Source: Verrucomicrobiota bacterium
GTDB taxonomy: Bacteria; Verrucomicrobiota; Kiritimatiellia; CAIQIC01; JAGNIJ01
Assembly: GCA_036821485.1 (NCBI GenBank)
Contig: DAISJM010000001.1
Coordinates: 72,320-136,319 of the forward strand
Direction: 5' to 3'
Length of the DNA: 64,000 nt
Shown here: one piece after another, positions 44,999 to 53,388 of the stretch
Layout of the letters: the number at the start of each line of letters is the position of its first letter
Numbering within the stretch: position 1 is the stretch's first letter
Notes under the pieces: generated by a model
Told to the model about the DNA's origin: nothing
Seen by the model: the letters and a program-made list of their open reading frames with translations, nothing else
Databases searched by the model: none
Made by a program: the position numbers and the translations under genes

Positions 44999-46057
44999 TT
45001 TGAGCGAGGCCATGTCGATGACGAATCGATAGCGCACGTCCTGCTTGAGCATCCGTTCGTAGGCATCGTTGATCTTCTGGATCGGAATGAGCTCGATGTC
45101 CGAAACGATTCTGTGCGCAGCACAGAAATCCAACATCTCCTGCGTCTCCGCGATTCCACCAATGCACGAGCCGGCGAAACTGCGGCGCGGAAGCAGCAGA
45201 TTGAAGACATTCACCGGAAGCGGCTGCGATGGCGCGCCCACCTGCACGAGCGTACCGTCCAATTGCAGCAGGCCCAAGTAGGCATTGATGTCGTGCTGTG
45301 CGGAAACGGCGTCGAGGATGAAATTGAAACTGCCGTACTGTTTCTTCATCGCGTCGGCATCTTTGGACACAACGACTTCATGAGCGCCCAACCGCAAACC
45401 GTCGGCGGCCTTACCCGGCGACGTGGTGAACAGGACGACGTGCGCGCCGAAGGCGCGTGCGAATTTCAATGCCATGTGTCCCAGCCCGCCGAGCCCCACG
45501 ACGCCGACCTTCTGGCCGGGGCCGACCTTCCAGTGGCGCAACGGCGAGTAGGTTGTGATGCCGGCGCAGAGCAGGGGAGCGGCGGCGGCCAGATCCAGCC
45601 CGGCCGGCACGCGCAGCACAAACGCCTCGTCCACAACAATGCTCGTGGAATACCCGCCGAACGTGTGCCCGCCCAGGTGCTTGTCGGGGCTGTTGTACGT
45701 GAAGGTGGCGAACGAGTGGCAGTATTGTTCCAACCCCGCCTGGCAACTCGGGCAGGTGCGGCACGAGTCCACCATGCAGCCGACCGCACTCAGGTCTCCG
45801 GGTTTGAACTTCGTGACGCGCGGGCCGACCCGCTTGACGCGACCAACAATTTCGTGGCCGGGCACGCAGGGATAGGCGGTGGCCATGACGGCGCTCCACT
45901 CGTCGCGGACCGTATGGAGATCGGAGTGACAGACTCCGCAGTACAGGATTTCGATTTCGACATCGAGATCGCCGGGCTCGCGTCGGTTGATCCCAAACGG
46001 AGCCAAGGGCGAAGACGCGGTTTGTGCAGCGTAGGCTTTGGCGTGTGTAGTTTTCAT
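44993..46057 (-). CDS. Zn-dependent NAD(P) alcohol dehydrogenase (cinnamyl-ADH-like)
   Basis: Start at MKTTHAKAY. Catalytic and structural Zn sites are GVCHSDLH, GHEIVG and CRTCPSCQAG, with the GxGxxG Rossmann motif in VGVVGLGGLGHMA. Confidence 0.85.
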   Translation of the reverse strand: MKTTHAKAYAAQTASSPLAPFGINRREPGDLDVEIEILYCGVCHSDLHTVRDEWSAVMATAYPCVPGHEIVGRVKRVGPRVTKFKPGDLSAVGCMVDSCRTCPSCQAGLEQYCHSFATFTYNSPDKHLGGHTFGGYSTSIVVDEAFVLRVPAGLDLAAAAPLLCAGITTYSPLRHWKVGPGQKVGVVGLGGLGHMALKFARAFGAHVVLFTTSPGKAADGLRLGAHEVVVSKDADAMKKQYGSFNFILDAVSAQHDINAYLGLLQLDGTLVQVGAPSQPLPVNVFNLLLPRRSFAGSCIGGIAETQEMLDFCAAHRIVSDIELIPIQKINDAYERMLKQDVRYRFVIDMASLKS

Positions 46058-46241
46058 GCCCTTAACATAACCCCGACTCATGCTTTGTCACCAGCAGAAC
46101 ACGCCAATCAACTTGCCGAATACGCCATCGGTCTGCAGCGTCCAGATTGGGCGCCGGAAGGCTTGGATTCCCTGCGTGTCCGGCCTTGCGCGAACACGCG
46201 GCAGGCTTCCATCCCGGTCCCCAATCTGCGATCTTGGGCCC

Positions 46242-47258
46242 ATGATTTCGGTCTATGATCTCGACGGGTTGGAAGCGCTCGTCAGCCGTCTGGGGATTCC
46301 AGAACCGGCGCTGAGACGGTTCCGAATCGCCTATTTCAAAAAGGGGCGATCCGTGGACGAGTGTCTCGATGCGATCCCCGAAACAGCGCGGGCACGGTTT
46401 GTCGCCGGGGTGCGACTGGACCAGCTCGAACTCGTTGAGCGGCACGACTCGAAAAGGGACGGGGCGTCGAAATTGGTTTTCCGCACCGCATTGAACGAGC
46501 GGGTTGAAGCCGTTCTCCTTCGCGTCGCTTCCGGCCGGACCAGCCTCTGCATTTCTTCGCAGATCGGTTGCGCTGCGGATTGCGCATTCTGTGCGACGGG
46601 ACGGATGGGTCTCGTACGCAATCTCTCGACCGCTGAAATCCTCGATCAAATTATTCTCGCCATGCGTGTGCTCCGCGCGGAAGAGCGCGTGCTGCGGAAT
46701 GTGGTGTTCATGGGCATGGGGGAGCCATTCCACAACGAGAAGGCGGTATGTGACAGCCTCGAAGTTCTGCGCGATGTGCGCGGCTGCAATCTGTCCGAGC
46801 GGCATTTGCTCGTCTCCACGGCAGGCGTGCCCAAGTCGATGCTGCGCTTCGTGGAGCGGTTCCCAAAGATCCGCGTGGCGCTCAGCCTGCACAGCGCGCG
46901 GCAGGAAGTCCGGGAACGAATCATGCCCATCGCATCGCATCATTCGCTGAAGCAGTGGTGCAACAGTCTCCCGGAGCTCGCCCGTCACGGGAACCTGATG
47001 ATCGAGATCCTGCTGTTGCAGGGCGTGAACGACGGACCGGCGGACCTGGCTGCACTGATCGACTACCTGCACGGCTTGCCCGTGCACATCAATCTCATCC
47101 AGTTCAATCCGTTCCCCGGCAGCGGATTCGAGCCGGTGCCCCGCGCGGCGCGCGAGGCCTTTGGCGTCGCGCTGCGGAAGGCCGGGTTCAAGGTGACGCT
47201 GCGGTATTCCCTCGGCGACGATATCGCCGCGGCCTGCGGGCAACTGGCGGGAGTCTGA
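46242..47258 (+). CDS. rlmN: Radical-SAM 23S rRNA/tRNA adenine-C2 methyltransferase RlmN
   Basis: 338 aa. CxxxCxxC in SQIGCAADCAFCATG; GMGEP; the C-terminus reads SLGDDIAAACGQLAGV. Confidence 0.85.
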   Translation: MISVYDLDGLEALVSRLGIPEPALRRFRIAYFKKGRSVDECLDAIPETARARFVAGVRLDQLELVERHDSKRDGASKLVFRTALNERVEAVLLRVASGRTSLCISSQIGCAADCAFCATGRMGLVRNLSTAEILDQIILAMRVLRAEERVLRNVVFMGMGEPFHNEKAVCDSLEVLRDVRGCNLSERHLLVSTAGVPKSMLRFVERFPKIRVALSLHSARQEVRERIMPIASHHSLKQWCNSLPELARHGNLMIEILLLQGVNDGPADLAALIDYLHGLPVHINLIQFNPFPGSGFEPVPRAAREAFGVALRKAGFKVTLRYSLGDDIAAACGQLAGV

Positions 47259-47277
47259 GCGCGCCGTGGGCGGCCAG

Positions 47278-47328
47278 ATTTTCCAACCCTTGGAAAATCG
47301 AGCGCTATTTTTTCCAAGGGTTGGAAAA
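47278..47328. repeat. Palindromic element copy B (TTTTCCAACCCTTGGAAAA-N12-TTTTCCAAGGGTTGGAAAAA) between convergent rlmN and the antiporter gene
   Basis: The arms are identical to copy A (5598-5649); only the 12-nt spacer differs. Confidence 0.8.
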
Positions 47329-47350
47329 ATGGGATTCACCCGCCATTCGC

Positions 47351-48568
47351 TTACGCGATCTCGCCAGCCTTCTTCAGGGCGATCTCGGCGGCGATGGGGC
47401 CGATGATTTCGTGAATGACCGTGGCGCCGATGACGATGCCCACCACGCTGTCCGAGATGGATGCAAACGCGGGGTTGGCCTTGATCATCAGGGCCAGACC
47501 AATGACGATCCCGCCCTGTGGCAGAAGACCGAGAGCGGTGTACTTCTTCACGTTGGGCGAGGCGTGCGAGACGAACGCGCCGAATGTGGCGCCAGCGCCC
47601 TTGCCGATCGCGCGGAACACCACGAACAGTGCAACAAAGAGAAGAGAACTGCGAAGCGTCGCGAAGTTGAGTTGCATTCCGCTGAGGGTGAAGAAGAGGA
47701 CAAAGATAAGCTCTTCCGTATACCGCTCGAGCATGCGGAAGATGATCTCCTGGTTCGGATTGAAATTCACAACGATGACCCCCATGGTCATCGTCGCCAG
47801 CAGCTCGTCGACCTTGAGGACTGTGGCGAGGCCGAAACACAGCGAGAGAAGCGCGAACACGAGGACGATGAACGCGCCCTCGGTGTCCCGTTTCATGAAC
47901 CGCGCGAGCTGGTTGAACAGCCACCCGAACGCCGCGCCGGTCAGAACGCCACCAACGATCGACACCGCGGGAGCGACTACGGCGCCGCCCGGGGCGAATC
48001 CCGTGTGCGCAAGCAGGATTCTCGCCGCGGCAACCGCCAGGCTGTAGTTGATGATGCCGAAAACATCGTCAAACGCGGCGACTCCCATGATCGTCGACGA
48101 CACGTCGCCCTTGGCGTGGTACTCGTGGGACACGGCAAGTGTCGCTGACGGGTCGGTCGGCGAGGCGAGGCATCCGAGGAGAATGCCAAGCGGGAGAATT
48201 TTTCCCGCCCACGCCGCGGTCGACCCATGCCCCACAAACGGCGCAAGCGCAAGGAAGCCAAGAACGACGGCCAGCAGGGCAAACTCTGCCTCAAACACCG
48301 TGATCCAGAGAATAGTCTTTCCCAGCTTCTTCAGCCTGCCGGCGAGAAGGGTGCCGCCAACAGAAAACGTGATGAACGAGAGCGCAACATTGGTGATCAG
48401 GTCTGTGTGCGTGGTGAAATCCTGCGGGATCAGGGGAAGCAGCCTGGGATTGATGCAGATGCCGGCAAGGATGTAGCCGGTGACTTTGGGAAGCTTCACC
48501 AACTGCGCCAGTTCGCCGAATAGAAAGCCCGTGATGATCACGAGGCCAACGATGAGAATCGGATTCAT
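47351..48568 (-). CDS. Cation:proton antiporter (CPA/KefB-like Na+/H+ exchanger)
   Basis: Start trimmed to MNPILIVGLVIITGFLFGELAQLVKLPKVTGYILAGI (ATG at 48568). ~405 aa with 11-12 TM helices. Confidence 0.8.
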   Translation of the reverse strand: MNPILIVGLVIITGFLFGELAQLVKLPKVTGYILAGICINPRLLPLIPQDFTTHTDLITNVALSFITFSVGGTLLAGRLKKLGKTILWITVFEAEFALLAVVLGFLALAPFVGHGSTAAWAGKILPLGILLGCLASPTDPSATLAVSHEYHAKGDVSSTIMGVAAFDDVFGIINYSLAVAAARILLAHTGFAPGGAVVAPAVSIVGGVLTGAAFGWLFNQLARFMKRDTEGAFIVLVFALLSLCFGLATVLKVDELLATMTMGVIVVNFNPNQEIIFRMLERYTEELIFVLFFTLSGMQLNFATLRSSLLFVALFVVFRAIGKGAGATFGAFVSHASPNVKKYTALGLLPQGGIVIGLALMIKANPAFASISDSVVGIVIGATVIHEIIGPIAAEIALKKAGEIA

Positions 48569-48725
48569 GGTGCCATGACTTCTCCGCCGCAGAAGACAGG
48601 TTGACCGAAGGATAAGGGAGTCCGCTCGGCGGGCACAAGAACGTTTCCCGCGTTGTCCCATTACAACATTTATGAAACGCGGTCGTTGTCGGGGAAGAAT
48701 GGCGCCGGAGGTGGCAGGTGAGTGG

Positions 48726-48879
48726 GTCGAGGCCATCCTTCTTCGCGTCGCTTCCGACCGAGCCAGCCTCTGTATTTCTTTGCAAATCGGCTGCGCTGCG
48801 GAAAGTCGGGTTCAACGTGACGCTGCGGTATTCCCTCGGCGACGATATCGCCGCGGCCTGCGGGCAGCTGGCCGGCTGA
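48726..48879 (+). pseudogene. Internally deleted, 5'-truncated pseudo-copy of rlmN
   Basis: 48726-48805 matches rlmN 46498-46580 (..VEAILLRVASDRASLCISLQIGCAA). It is joined at a shared GCGCTGCGGA microhomology to a match of rlmN 47177-47258 (GFNVTLRYSLGDDIAAACGQLAG*). It is ~90% identical to rlmN, with no intact ORF. Confidence 0.75.
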
Positions 48880-48894
48880 GCCGCCCAAGACGGC

Positions 48895-49884
48895 CTAGTG
48901 ATGGGTTTGAATCCCCTTGCCGACTTCGGCCAGGATATCCACGCAGGGCTGGGGGATCACGCCGTCGGCCGTCGGGCCGACATTCAGCAGGTAGTTGCCG
49001 CCCCGGCTTGTGCAGGCGGTGAGATTGCTGGTGATAGTGGCGGCTGATTTCCAGTTCTGGTCGTGTGAGTTGTAGCCCCAGTGATCGTTCATCGTCATGC
49101 ACGATTCCCAGGCCCCTTCGGGCGGCGTGTCGGGAATCGTCTGTTCGGGCGTGACGTAATCAAACGATCCGGGAAACTTGCTCGCGCGGTCGTTGACGAT
49201 GATGTCCGGTTTGAGCGAACGGACATGCCGCACCACCTCATCGCCTTCCTCCCAGCTCCAGCCGTCCCAGCCGCCGTCGAACCAGATCAGGTCCGGCTGG
49301 TAGGCGGCGATCAGTTCGCCGAGCTGGCCCTTGGCGTACTCGACATATCGCTTCCTGTCGGGGGCGCCTGTGGCCACATCGTTCCATGCGCGGCGGTTGT
49401 TCCAGTCCGGGTGATGCCAGTCCATGAGCGAGTAGTAGATCCCGAATCGCAACCCCTGTTTCCGGCACTCGGCGGCCAGCTCGCCGAGCAGATCGCGTCC
49501 CGCGAACGGAGTCCGCGCGATGTTCCAGTCGGTGAGTTTTGAGTTCCAGAGGCAGAAGCCATCGTGGTGCTTGCTCGTGATGACGAGGTACTTCATGCCG
49601 GCTTTTTTCGCCACGCTCACCCACGTGGCTGCGTCGAACTCCCGGGGGTTGAACTGCTTCGCCAGCTCCTCGTATTGTGAGACCGGCATCTTCGTTTCAT
49701 CGAGAATCCACTCGCCGTAATGGGTCTTGCCCTCCCATTCGCCGGCGGGGACCGAGTAGACGCCCAGGTGGATGAACATGCCGAAGCGCGCTTCGTGGAA
49801 CCACGCCATTTGGTCGGCCGCGACGGCGGACCACACGCAGGATAGAAAGGCAAGGGCGGTCAGTTCACACAGAAGGCTTCTCAT
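48895..49884 (-). CDS. Alpha-L-fucosidase (GH29 catalytic domain), secreted
   Basis: Signal peptide MRSLLCELTALAFLSCVWSAVAA. The GH29 motifs are YLVITSKHHDGFCLWNS and WFDGGW. Confidence 0.8.
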   Translation of the reverse strand: MRSLLCELTALAFLSCVWSAVAADQMAWFHEARFGMFIHLGVYSVPAGEWEGKTHYGEWILDETKMPVSQYEELAKQFNPREFDAATWVSVAKKAGMKYLVITSKHHDGFCLWNSKLTDWNIARTPFAGRDLLGELAAECRKQGLRFGIYYSLMDWHHPDWNNRRAWNDVATGAPDRKRYVEYAKGQLGELIAAYQPDLIWFDGGWDGWSWEEGDEVVRHVRSLKPDIIVNDRASKFPGSFDYVTPEQTIPDTPPEGAWESCMTMNDHWGYNSHDQNWKSAATITSNLTACTSRGGNYLLNVGPTADGVIPQPCVDILAEVGKGIQTHH

Positions 49885-49928
49885 GATGGCTCCTCCCGGG
49901 AACTATGTTGTTCCCATTCCGTCCGATG

Positions 49929-50324
49929 TCAATGAAACGCGGGCGGGAGGGGACGGGTGCGGCGGCGGTAGAGGGCGGCGAGCCCGACCGCGAGCAGGGC
50001 GAGGATGCTGGGCTCAGGAATGGCCTGCAGCACAAAGACCTCGCCGCTCGCGGCGTCGAATCCGCCGGCGTAGATGCCGGTGATGTTGGTCGAGGTGAAC
50101 GAGCCCGAGTAGCCGCCGGCCGTGAAAACCTGGAACCGCTGGCCGTTCGTCGGCGTGAAGCTGAACGCGATGTTCAGCGTGCCGCCATAGTTGATCGTGT
50201 CCGCTGTGACCTGGTCGTATTCCGATGCGCTGGCGCCGTAGAGTTCGATCAGGGTTTCCGCGTACTGCTCCAGCGTCAGCGAGCCGGCCTCTTGGGTAGG
50301 GCGCGACCGCTGGGCGCGCCGCTT
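49929..50324 (-). pseudogene. Start-less C-terminal remnant of a PEP-CTERM protein
   Basis: The frame is open from a TGA at 50325 to the stop at 49929 and ends ...VFVLQAIPEPSILALLAVGLAALYRRRTRPLPPAFH*. It has no ATG/GTG/TTG start. Its upstream side is the 50290-50470 repeat block. Confidence 0.5.
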
Positions 50325-50470
50325 TCAGTAGAGCCGGGTCTATCCCGGCTACGATACCGGGGTAAAGCTGGTGCGCCGAATTGGCCGTGGCGAAAGCGGG
50401 GCCGCGGCCCCACCCCAATGACTCGGATTCAGAAGGTAGGGCGGGGGCCTCCGGCCCCGCCGCGGACGCA
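50290..50470. repeat. Composite short-repeat block (hairpins plus a GGGGTAAAGCTGGTGCGCCGAATTGGCC motif)
   Basis: Shares three motifs with 58627-59366: GGTAAAGYTGGTKCGCCGAATT at 50359-50386, GTAGGGCGCG..GCGCGCCGCT, and GTAGAGCCGGG..GGCTACGA. The palindrome GGGGCCGCGGCCCC is also present. Confidence 0.6.
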
Positions 50471-50608
50471 AGGTGGCGAGCGGGTGAAGTCGCCACGTCG
50501 GGGGCTGTACCGCCAACCGGGATCGCACACCACTGAACGGCCGGCTTGACGAGCGCGCGTAATGATCATATGTTCATAACCGATCAGACGTCAGAAAGGA
50601 ATCCGACG

Positions 50609-51103
50609 ATGCCAAGGCCATGTTGTCCGAGACGGGTCGGTTTTACGCCGGGAGTCACGTATTTCAAGCCTGCCGGGGTCCCGCTGCGCGAACTGGAGGA
50701 GGTGGTGGTGACCCTGGACGAGCTGGAGGCCCTTCGGCTGGCCGATTTGAACGGGCTCTATCAGGAGAAGGCCGCGGAAGAGATGAAGATCTCGCGGCCC
50801 ACGTTCGCGCGCGTGGTCGAGTCGGCGCGGAAGAAGGTCGCGGACGCATTGATTCACGGGAAGGCCCTGCGCATGGAGGGTGGGGCGATCATCATAAAAG
50901 GAGAAAAGACAATGCCAGGACGAGATGGAACGGGGCCGATGAGTGAGGGACGCGGCAGGGGACGCGGGCGGTGCGGATGGGGGCAGCGACGCCGTTGTGG
51001 CGGGGGAGCGGGCATGGGAGGCGGGCTACGGGGCAAGCGTCACGGTCAAGCCTCCGACATTTCGACAGCCAAGGAGAGCGAGAAGGGAGAACAGCCGTCA
51101 TGA
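50609..51103 (+). CDS. DUF134/UPF0251 predicted DNA-binding protein with a Gly/Arg-rich tail
   Basis: Start at MPRPCCPRRVGFTPGVTYFKPAGVPLRELEEVVVTLDELEALRLADL (RBS AAAGGA). It is a classic partner of NifB/NifX-domain proteins. Confidence 0.7.
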   Translation: MPRPCCPRRVGFTPGVTYFKPAGVPLRELEEVVVTLDELEALRLADLNGLYQEKAAEEMKISRPTFARVVESARKKVADALIHGKALRMEGGAIIIKGEKTMPGRDGTGPMSEGRGRGRGRCGWGQRRRCGGGAGMGGGLRGKRHGQASDISTAKESEKGEQPS

Positions 51104-51477
51104 GAATCTGCATTCCTGTGGTTGAGTACCGCGGGCTCGATAGCCCTGTGAACGGGCATTTCGGGTCGGCTCCGGCCTTCGCGCTCGTGGATTCAGAGAC
51201 GATGAGCGTTGAGCCCGTGGACAATGGCGATCACGGGCATGTTCACGGCATGTGCAGCCCTCTCAAGGCGCTTGCCGGTTCGAAGCCGGATGCCGTTATT
51301 GTGGGAGGGATCGGTCGTGGAGCCTTGTTGGGGTTGCGGGATCTCGGAATCAGGGTGTACCATGGCGCAGGTAGCACCGTTGCCCAAGCCGTTGCGCTGA
51401 TCAAAGCCGGGAAGCTGAGCGAAATCGACGAAAACGCTGTCTGTGGCGGTCACGGCCACGGCGGCGGTTGTCACTGA
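51100..51477 (+). CDS. Dinitrogenase FeMo-cofactor-biosynthesis (NifB/NifX/NafY) domain protein
   Basis: MRICIPVVEYRGLDSPVNGHFGSAPAFALVD is the canonical family start. ATGA overlap with the DUF134 gene. His/Gly-rich tail. Confidence 0.8.
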   Translation: MRICIPVVEYRGLDSPVNGHFGSAPAFALVDSETMSVEPVDNGDHGHVHGMCSPLKALAGSKPDAVIVGGIGRGALLGLRDLGIRVYHGAGSTVAQAVALIKAGKLSEIDENAVCGGHGHGGGCH

Positions 51478-51504
51478 ACGAAACCGAAACGGAGGAGCAG
51501 GACC

Positions 51505-52188
51505 ATGACAGAACCAACCGCGACACATCTTCCGCTGATCGGAGAGCGGGCGCCGCCCTTCAAGGCCAAGTCGACCCAGGGAGAGATCGACTTCCCGGCC
51601 ATGTACCAGGGGAAATGGGTCGTCTTCTTCTCGCACCCGGCGGACTTCACGCCGGTCTGCACGACGGAGTTCATGACGTTCGCGACGATGCAGCCGGAGT
51701 TCGAGAAGCGCAACTGCAAGCTGCTCGGGCTCTCGATCGACAGCATCTACGCGCACATCGCATGGCTGCGTACGATCAAGGAGAAGATCCAGTACAAGGA
51801 TATGAAGAACGTCGAGGTCACCTTCCCGGTGATCGAGGACCTGAAGATGGAGGTCTCGAAGGCCTACGGCATGCTCCAGCCCGGCGCGAGCACCACGCAG
51901 GCGGTTCGCGCGGTCTTCGTCATCGATCCGAAAGGCGTTGTGCGCGCGATCCTGTATTACCCGCTCTCGAACGGCCGGAACGTGGACGAGATCATGCGCC
52001 TGTTGATCGCGATGCAGACCTCCGACGCCCACGGCATCGCCACGCCGGCCAATTGGCGGCCGGGCGACGACGTGATCGTGCCGCCGCCGGGCTCCTGCGG
52101 TGTGGCGAAGGATCGCGTGGAGAAGGCCGACCCGGACGTGAAGTGCCTCGACTGGTTCATGTGCCTGAAGAAGTGCCCGAAGGTGTGA
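51505..52188 (+). CDS. Peroxiredoxin (Prx6-like 1-Cys/typical Prx fold)
   Basis: 227 aa. The active site is FFSHPADFTPVCTTE. RBS GGAGGAGCAGGACC. Confidence 0.85.
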   Translation: MTEPTATHLPLIGERAPPFKAKSTQGEIDFPAMYQGKWVVFFSHPADFTPVCTTEFMTFATMQPEFEKRNCKLLGLSIDSIYAHIAWLRTIKEKIQYKDMKNVEVTFPVIEDLKMEVSKAYGMLQPGASTTQAVRAVFVIDPKGVVRAILYYPLSNGRNVDEIMRLLIAMQTSDAHGIATPANWRPGDDVIVPPPGSCGVAKDRVEKADPDVKCLDWFMCLKKCPKV

Positions 52189-52391
52189 TGAAGACTGACG
52201 CGCCTGTGCCCGGCGGAGTGGGTGTTCGGCTGCTGGCGTTCGGTTGCGCCATCTGTCCCTTGTGCATCTGCGCGCGCCGCTGGCCGGAGAGTCGTTTCGC
52301 GAAGACGATGTTGCGCATCGAGAGGCTGTGCCCAATGTGCCGCGCGTATCGGGCGCTGCACGGAAGGGAAGAGGAATCGCGGGCTACTTGA
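52188..52391 (+). CDS. Small Cys-rich protein (6 Cys: CAICPLCIC..CPMC), coupled to the peroxiredoxin
   Basis: ATG shares its A with the Prx TGA (TGATG). 67 aa. A possible metal- or redox-binding mini-protein; it has no homolog I recognise. Confidence 0.35.
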   Translation: MKTDAPVPGGVGVRLLAFGCAICPLCICARRWPESRFAKTMLRIERLCPMCRAYRALHGREEESRAT

Positions 52392-53103
52392 CGGCGACGA
52401 TCACCTTGAACCACCGGAAGGCCGGCACGGGGTGAATCGTCACGCGTCGGAACCCGGCTTGAAGGCACAAGGCCTTCCACTGCCGGGCGCTGACGCAGTA
52501 CTCGCCCTGATTCAGGATGTGTTTCCTGCCGTTGTCGTACATCCGGCTGAACGCGGCCACGCCGCTCTCCTTCAGAGCGAGGACAATCTCGGCCTTCAGG
52601 AAATCGAGGATCCGCGCCAGGCGTTTCGGATCGGCGTGGTCGCCGGTCGTGTCCACATCCACTTCGCCGATGACCAGCCGGCCGCCGGGCTTCAGGATCG
52701 CGCGGAGGGTCTTCAGCATCGGGAGCTTGTTCTCGACGTGATGCAGCGCGACGGTTGCCGCAGCGATGTCGAACGAGCCGCGGTCGAAACGCAACGTGGT
52801 CGCGTCCTGCCGCAGGCATCGGACACGCGGCTGCAGGTGAAGCTTGTCGACCTTGCCTTGGAAGAGCTTCAGCATATCCACGGAACTGTCCACCGCAGTG
52901 ACGTGGCATTCCGCGCGCTTGAGAAACTTGAGCGAGAGCAAGCCGGTTCCGCATCCCACGTCCAGCACGTGGTCGCCGTCCTTCACGCCGGAAAGACGGA
53001 CCGCGAGGTCCAGCATCTGGTGGTGACGCTTCACCTTGCCCAGCGTCGCATCGTATTCATCCGCCCAGTTGCCGAACCATTTGCGGGTGAGGTGAGTCTT
53101 CAT
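52384..53103 (-). CDS. Class I SAM-dependent methyltransferase
   Basis: 239 aa. Motif I is HVLDVGCGTGLLS; acidic motif II is VTAVDSS. Confidence 0.8.
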   Translation of the reverse strand: MKTHLTRKWFGNWADEYDATLGKVKRHHQMLDLAVRLSGVKDGDHVLDVGCGTGLLSLKFLKRAECHVTAVDSSVDMLKLFQGKVDKLHLQPRVRCLRQDATTLRFDRGSFDIAAATVALHHVENKLPMLKTLRAILKPGGRLVIGEVDVDTTGDHADPKRLARILDFLKAEIVLALKESGVAAFSRMYDNGRKHILNQGEYCVSARQWKALCLQAGFRRVTIHPVPAFRWFKVIVAVK

Positions 53104-53235
53104 GGTGGATGAAGCTTATAGCATCCTGAAGTTGCCGGCAGCAAGGGGAGGGGTACCGGCGCATCGGCCGCTAAAACGCCGCGGATGAAACTTGAAACTT
53201 GAAAGTCGAAACTTGAAACTGGCCCCGGTCATCTG

Positions 53236-53311
53236 GGGCGGTTAGCTCAATTGGCAGAGCGTCAGCTTTACACGCTGAATGTCGGGGGTTCGAGTCCCTC
53301 ACCGCCCACCA
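53236..53311 (+). tRNA. tRNA-Val (anticodon UAC)
   Basis: Acceptor GGGCGGU / ACCGCCC, D-arm UAGCUCAAUUGGCAGAGCG, anticodon stem UCAGC / GCUGA with loop UUUACAC, T-arm GGGGG-UUCGAGU-CCCUC, and an encoded CCA. Confidence 0.85.
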
Positions 53312-53388
53312 TTCGAGCCGCCTTGTCGAGCCACCGAACGGCGCCGTCAACCCACCCAGCCCTGCCAAGGGATCAGCCTTCGGTGATG

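Noticed and set aside
44430-45000. Integrated prophage/ICE at tRNA-Glu
   Set aside because: No integrase, excisionase or direct repeat of the tRNA 3' end was found within the window. Only the structured repeats and a small GIY-YIG gene are present, so at most this is a remnant.
48672-49022. 116-aa ORF called over the rlmN remnant
   Set aside because: Its frame only partly coincides with the RlmN-derived reading. The segment is a deleted and truncated pseudo-copy, not a gene.
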